Below, one piece after another: positions 57,330 through 64,000 of a stretch of 64,000 bases of DNA. Position numbers and translations under genes: made by a program. Numbering within the stretch: position 1 is the stretch's first letter; each line of letters begins with the position of its first letter. The notes beneath the pieces were generated by a model, which had not been told where the DNA came from, did no database searches, and was given only the letters and a program-made list of their open reading frames with translations. Source of the DNA: the human T2T-CHM13v2.0 reference genome, Homo sapiens; the NCBI RefSeq assembly GCF_009914755.1, contig NC_060925.1; one strand, given 5' to 3'.

Positions 57330-57560
57330 GTAATAATGATATTTGCTGTCTTTTAGTCAGATTTTACTATGTGCTAGGCACTCTGCTAAGTATTCCTAGC
57401 CTAATTTAATCTTCACAACAGCTTTAGAAGCTTGTTATCACTCCGATTTTAGGAGGAAGAAACTGTATGATAGTCTAATGACTTGTCCAAGGTCACAGAA
57501 AAGTGCCAGAGCTGTGTCTGGAGCCCTGATTTGCGTTGGCTGTTAGACCCATGTTCTTTA
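57330..57560 (-). mobile_element. MIR
   Basis: tactatgtgctaggcactctgctaag...gacttgtccaaggtcacag. Confidence 0.8.
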
Positions 57561-59852
57561 CCTCTGTGTTTGGACTGTTTTGGCAACGCAACCCTTGACT
57601 TTTTATTACATGAGGAAAAGAAAGCAGCTAATTTGTACTTAAAACCTAATTACCAGTGTAAGGTACATATGTTGTTATTGTTGCATAGTGCTTACAAAAA
57701 TTGTATCTTTTCTTTTTAAAAAAGTTTTGAATTTTATACATTTTCTATTCTGTCATTCTTTTGTCTTCTCTCAATTCAAAATTCCGGAGTAATCTTTGGT
57801 CTTCTGATTCCTCTCCTTTTATTTCCATAAAATCACCATTTTCTCTTTATATTTCTGTTTTAAGTCCCTCCACTCCTCATGTCTGGAATACTGCAATTAT
57901 CTTTTCATGGTCTCCCTTCCGCCATTCTTTGCCACCTTAAACTGATTGTACACATTGATCCAGTTTTCTCAAGCTCAACCTCTGTCATATTGCATACCTG
58001 TTTAAACCATTAATGTCACCCTATTATCTATAAGAAAAATGTAGCGTTATTAATCTACAATTAAAGAGCTTTCATAATGTGATCTAAAGTATCACTCCGG
58101 AGCTTTTGTGCCCTTACTTCTTTCTCACTTTTCTTGCTCATGCTAATATATCCCTCATCTGGCTACTGAGGCATGAATTTTCTCTATAACTCAGTTGGTG
58201 TTTTTATATGCTTTGCATTTTGATAGTCTTCTTGTGTATCTATGTCTCATTTACCCAGATGAATTATTAACTACTGAGTTTAGAGATGGGAACTCTGAAT
58301 TCATCATATTATTTAGTATAGTTTCTTACATATAGGACTGTGTAAGAAAATTAATGAATAAATTTTTGAAGTTTTAAAGTTAACCTATAATTCCAATTCT
58401 GTATTTCTTTGCTTTTGTTAATTTTATAAATGTTAAACAATACAAATTTAATAGTCTTTATTATTTTTATCTCTTTAATTATATTTAATTATGAAATTGG
58501 AAATATATGGGTATAACTTTAATAACACAGTATTTTAAAGAAATAAGTCAGTTTAACTTAGTATTCCAATTTGAAAGATACAGAAAATCTACAGTGAATG
58601 AAAATGATACAATTATTTCACAGTTTTTCAAATAAGCCAATATTTGAGAACTGTACTAAGTTATTATATTGTTGGTTAATGTATGGTTTTGATGGAGATA
58701 AACTGAATATTTATACTGTTATGAATTCAAGAAAAAATGTAAATGAATTATTTAATTTATCTTCCATGATGTATCAAATGTAGTTGGAGATTGTTCAGAA
58801 TATTGAATAAGGACATGAGGAAATTTGGAAGTTTATTTAAATACTAAATTTAAATCCCTCTACTTACACATGATTTTGTTTTCCAAAAGGAGGTTGCAAT
58901 TTTTTCTGTATCAAATTTGCTTCTTGCTTTCTGCTGAATTTGAAAATGTTTCTGCCCTTTCTTTTTTTTTTTTCTTGTTTTAATAGCCTAAATATTTTTA
59001 AAGGTTCATCTTTTATTTTCTTTGGCTTAATTTTACAGATGTTCTATTGATAAATAAATATTTCTACTTTAATATATAAATTATTTAAAATTATGGCCTA
59101 TATAAGATATTTTTGCTTTGAAATATTTGAGTTTCAGTAAGATAAGGATAATTTCATCCCGAAACCAAAAAATAAACCTTCATAAATTTTATATATTCAT
59201 ATTTGTCTTAGAGTGTTCTTGTTGACTTTTTAAATTGCAAATTTAAATGGAAATATTATTTTAGCTCAGAAATCTCATACACTCTCAATGCTTAAATTTC
59301 TCATGCTTTTTTTTTTCCTGGATTATTTTTTCCAAGTAATATTGAACATCATAATCATGCCATTTTTTACACCTCACATTTTTCGAAAATCTCTCTTATT
59401 TATTTTACCTTTAATTTGGGTTTTGAAACACCCAAATGAAGCCATAAATTTATCTTTTAGAATAAAAAGTACATACTTGATGTAAATCACTGCATGTGTC
59501 TGATTGAATCTCACACAAAAATGTTACATTTTAAAGGCAGTGGTATTTTAAGTAAATATTACTTTTTAAAGGGAACGACTCTTAGAATGAAAGTGCAATT
59601 ATCCACTTTGACTACTCTCATTTAATCATTTCATTTTTAAAATTAGATTTCATTTTACAATCCAAAATAAAACCTCATTCATGTGCATTTTTGGATGTGC
59701 TAATTCCTTTTGTCATAAAATGGAAGCTAGCCTAAATTTTCTAATAATTTTTTATCAAATTGAAATTCATGGCAAAAAATAAAAATGAGCTAATTTTGAA
59801 TTCAAGTGCATGTATTTTATATGGATGCTTTTTCCCCTTCTCTCTACCTAAG

Positions 59853-59995
59853 GAAATAGAGAAATTGAGAATAGAACTGGATGAAAGCAAACAACACTTG
59901 GAACAGGAGCAGCAGAAGGCAGCCCTGGCCAGAGAGGAGTGCCTGAGACTAACAGAACTGCTGGGCGAATCTGAGCACCAACTGCACCTCACCAG
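59853..59995 (+). CDS. SDCCAG8: SDCCAG8 internal coding exon (likely exon 13), 143 nt, phase 0/2: EIEKLRIELDESKQHLEQEQQKAALAREECLRLTELLGESEHQLHLT(R)
   Basis: Pyrimidine tract tttttccccttctctctacctAAG acceptor; CAG|GTACTC donor at 59996; core of ORF 59760..60044. Confidence 0.95.
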
Positions 59996-62439
59996 GTACT
60001 CCCTAATCCCATTATGCGCCATAGCACCGATTTCATTCCACTGATTTTTGCCACAGGCTTCCAAACAGTTGTTAGAGTTAGTCTTAGTCATTCAATTCAC
60101 ACTTAGCTTTCAGGCATATTAAGAAAAGTGGAGATGTGGTAAGCAAAACACCCAGACATGTGAATGATAAGTGTGGCAGGGAATTACTGATAGATTACAA
60201 AACCTTTCATCTACAATGCTCAAATATTTAGGTGATTCTCTATCAATATAAGCGAAATGACATATTTCTCCTACCACCACTACTACCTCTTCTGCTAATT
60301 CTACGTCTAATAAAAATCTTGAACTGAAGGATGTGAGGAATTCATTTAGGAAAATAATAAAATACTGTCAGTGGTGAGAGAGACAAAGTAAATAAATTGT
60401 AAGATGCAAATTGAAATGGAACTGATACAAAATAAGGAATCTGCATCCTAAGGAGGTGTAAAATTTTGAGATGAAATAGATTGGCACTGCTCATGTTCAA
60501 ATCATTATTATAACCAGGCTTACACCATTGAGGTTTCAAATTACTTCATTTCCATCATGAGATTTTGTGATGTGATCATCATTGTCATCAACTTTAGTAA
60601 ATATGTAGCTCGGCCCTAAATTACAGTAAGACTCTTTAGGTTGTAAGCATTGTGAATTTGCTGCATTGGAAAAAAACATACACACACATACACACACACA
60701 TAAATACACACATGGAAAGAAAAATTCAAAAGAGAAAGTAGATATTTCACTTTATCATATGTGGTTTCTTTTCACTTTGAGTTTTATTACGATTTTGCAG
60801 TGTTCACATCAAGCCTTTGGGGTTGCTCAGTTCTTAAAGTTTTTCAGTTTTTAGAGAGAACTTTGTTTAAATAAACATGTAAGTTCATGATATTTGGTTT
60901 GGTTTATAAATTAGAAAAACATTGGTCTTCCAATCATAGTAATATGTTGAATTTAAACTATGAAAGGGGACTGATCCCTTTTACATTAAATATGACAATG
61001 TAATTCTGAGCACGGTATGCTAACAGATGGAGAAAAGCACCACTTGAACAGCCTGCGTTTGGAGAAAAAAATATTCTAGAGGTTGGTGAACCTCCCAAAG
61101 TTTTGGGTGAGTGTTAAGATGCCTCTGGTTCTGTTAAAATCAAACCTTGTATAAAACATTTTGTTATGATAATATTCCAAATGATTTGACATCTTCCCTT
61201 TTAAACAATAAAAGAAAGAGGAAAGAAAGAGAAAGCAAAGAAAGAAAATAAATTATTAATACATGTCTGGTATCTAGAAAAAAATCCTAATAGATGAAAC
61301 ACATATATGAGAAAAAAATTGCTTAATATTGCAGAATAATAACTGTTCTTTTAATGCTCATTTAAACTATTGTCATTGTAGAACTGAGAACATAACGTTA
61401 GCATAATTCCTGTGGCTATTTAATCTTAGAAGTTTCAGAATTTAGCTTCATCATGGTAATGTTAATAGTTTTTCTTTTCTGTCAGACTTCTATTCAGAAC
61501 CAACCATTTGTGTGCTAAGCACTGCTAAACCTCAGAAATAGGACAGCTTTTAATGTCTCAGTGTGGCTGAGCTTCAGTAAATAAATATTAATGCTGGTTT
61601 TGCCCCTTTTGCCATTCTGTCTTATTCAGAGAGTTAATTTCTGAAGTCAAAGTCCGTAGAGAGTTTTCCCGTATAGTATCAATTTATAGTGTTTGACAAG
61701 ATCAATTTCTTGCAAGTAGAGCATATTAAGATGCAGCAACTGCTGAAAATGGACGAGTGGTAACTAATTCCTTTGTTCTTAAGAAAAACGGTTTTGCTTG
61801 GTTCCATAGAAAGCTTTTTTTTTTTGTTGAGCTTTATTTAAACCAATTCTACTAAAATTTAAACGTAGTTTTACAGGAAATAAAAATTATTTTCTAAGTG
61901 CGGTACTCTTTTGTAAGCATTTTATGCTTAGTCTATATTCATGTTTTATAAAATCCACATTCATAAATTTAAAGATGACAATTAGAAATGCAAGGAACTG
62001 TGTATATCTCCCCTTTGCACTGACAATGTGATTTGGTTGTTGGGCTATTTCTGATATATAGTACTTTTTTGTTTTTTTGGTTTTTTTTTGAAGTTTGCCA
62101 CCCCTCACCATACTTTATTGATTCAGTATACTCAGGTGTGTGACTGAGAAATGTTGTGTCGTTCTTTTTCAGTGTAGATCAGCTGAAATACGTAACTCCC
62201 ACGCAGATAACGCCTTACCACACAGTCTCAACTTAAACACTTCAAATGGCATATTCTAAACAAAGTTTAAAATTGAATATGAAAACCGTGTTTAAAGTAA
62301 TGATGAAATAAGGATCCAAATCTTTAGAGGCAAAGAAAATTTAAAAACTGTAGTAGAGATCTGTACATCAACCTAAAAGAAAAATAGCCTACCACTTTTT
62401 TGGTGTTTCTCCTTATGGGATTTTAAAACGGTAAATAGA

Positions 62440-62733
62440 GGCCAGGCGCAGTGCTCACACCTGTCATTCCAACACTGTGGGAGGCCAAGACAGGGGAATC
62501 ACTTGAGGCTAAGAGTTCGTGATCATCCTGAGCAACACAATGAGACCCCATCTCTACAAAAAAACAAAAAATATTAGTCAGGCATGGTGGTGCACCTATA
62601 GACCCAGCTATTTAGGAGGCTGAGGATGGAGGATCACTTGAACTCTGAGGTTCAAGGCTGCTGTGAGCTGTGATTGCGCTGCTACACTCCAACTTGGGTG
62701 ACAGAGTAAGACCCTGTCTCTAAAAAAAAAAAA
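62440..62733 (+). mobile_element. Alu (AluJ-like)
   Basis: Forward Alu; TSD approx. aaaa(c/t)gg(t/a)aaataga. Confidence 0.92.
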
Positions 62734-62787
62734 TGGAAAATAGAAATTTAGCATTAATTAAAGGACCCAAATGGGTGAGTGTAACAT

Positions 62788-63455
62788 TCACTTAGTCAAC
62801 AAATATTTACTGAGCACCTACTATGTTTTAAGTACTTTGCTTGGTCCTAGGCATAGAGAGAAAAAATAAAACTCAGTTTCTACCCTTAGATTGCGCATAC
62901 TCTAGTAAAGAAGCTACATCTGTATATGCAAATGTAATAGACTGTGACAACAGTGCAATGATAAAAGTGATGATTACCACAGGAGCACATAGGGAGGGGG
63001 ATTGGCCCATTCTACACCATAGGTGAAGGCGATAGTCAAAGAAAGCTGATATCAGGGAAAGCTGACAGTGAAAAGGGATAGTCAGGGAGGTGGAGATATT
63101 TGGCAGCAATCTTGATTAGTGAGTTCATGAGTAAGAATTCTGAAAGTGGAAGAAAGTGGGTTGGGTACCCCAGGTAGAGAGACCAATATATACAGAGACA
63201 TAAAGATGGGAGAAAACAGAAACTCTACTATCAGATTAGGTGTTTGGTAGGAGATAAGACTGGAAAGGGGAGCAGGGACCAGCAGAAGAGCCTTATGGGC
63301 CATCTCCGGAGTTTCGCCCATTCTGAGTTACTCTTAATGCATTTTAGGCAGGAGCGTCAACATGATTGACTTTCTGGGTTGGGAGCTGGACTCAGAGAGC
63401 AGTGTGGAAAGTGAGCTTTGAGAGTTGATCTAGGAGACAGGAAGACCAGTTAGCC
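62788..63455 (-). mobile_element. L2 3' end relic
   Basis: ttcacttagtcaacaaatatttactgagcacctactatg... reverse L2 terminus. Confidence 0.75.
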
Positions 63456-63456
63456 C

Positions 63457-63738
63457 AAGGTCAGCAATTGCAACCCATGGGTCAAGTCTGACCCATCATC
63501 TGTTTTTGTGTGACCATTAACTAAGAATGGTTTTTATATTTTTAAGTGGATGAAAAAAAGGGGAAACAATATTTTTTGACACATAAAGATTATACATCTA
63601 TAAATAAAGTTTGATTGGAAAATGCTACCATTATCCTTCATTTATTATGTATGGCACTACCACACTTGAGTTGAATATGGTCCTCAAAGCCTAAAATATC
63701 TACTATCTGTCCCTTTACAGAAAAGTGTACCAACTCCT
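63457..63738. mobile_element. MER58B-like relic nested in L2
   Basis: ctaagaatggtttttatattt...aaagcctaaaatatctactatctgtccctttacagaaaag. Confidence 0.75.
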
Positions 63739-64000
63739 CAGGAGGCTGTTTAGTTCAAGTAAGAAGTCAAGAGGGCTTGAATAATGACAGATTCAAATAT
63801 GTATTTAAAGAAGGTAATTGAAGAGCTTTGTGAAAAATGGATGGGTTGAGAAGAGATGACTGGCAGGGACCCCAGTTAGAATATAAGCACCATAGTCCAG
63901 GGGGAGAGTAATGAAGCCCTTGGCTGTGGCTGTCCCGTGAAGTGGAAAGGAAGTAGTATCTTCAGAAGGTATTTGGAGTCATGAATAAGAGAGGACACAA

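Overview
This is human (primate) genomic DNA, not prokaryotic. The window lies inside SDCCAG8 (CCCAP/NPHP10/BBS16, chr1q43), transcribed on the + strand. It holds four internal coding exons (153, 135, 117 and 143 nt; exons 10-13 by my recall of the canonical transcript) that splice into one continuous coiled-coil reading frame. The MIR4677 hairpin sits in the ~34-kb intron after the third exon. The rest is intron: about 22 Alus, L1/L2/MIR relics, MaLR and ERV1 LTRs, hAT DNA-transposon relics and five minisatellites. Almost all ORFs in the supplied track are Alu, L1 or VNTR artefacts. I see no evidence of a new multi-gene system. The best leads are local: (1) a 178-bp, ~97%-identical copy of unique sequence inserted into an L2 1.94 kb from its donor, with a perfect fold-back hairpin at the junction (a probable templated DNA-repair scar); (2) a candidate 24-nt stop-ending micro-exon or alternative last exon just upstream of miR-4677; (3) three consecutive phase-0, stop-free exons flanked by inverted Alus (possible circRNA with an endless ORF); (4) an AT minisatellite seeded by a perfect palindrome; (5) two ~70-bp L1 insertions with intact TSDs; (6) a strong CTCF-like motif next to an exon. 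Repeat subfamily names and exon numbers come from memory of consensus sequences and need RepeatMasker/GENCODE confirmation.
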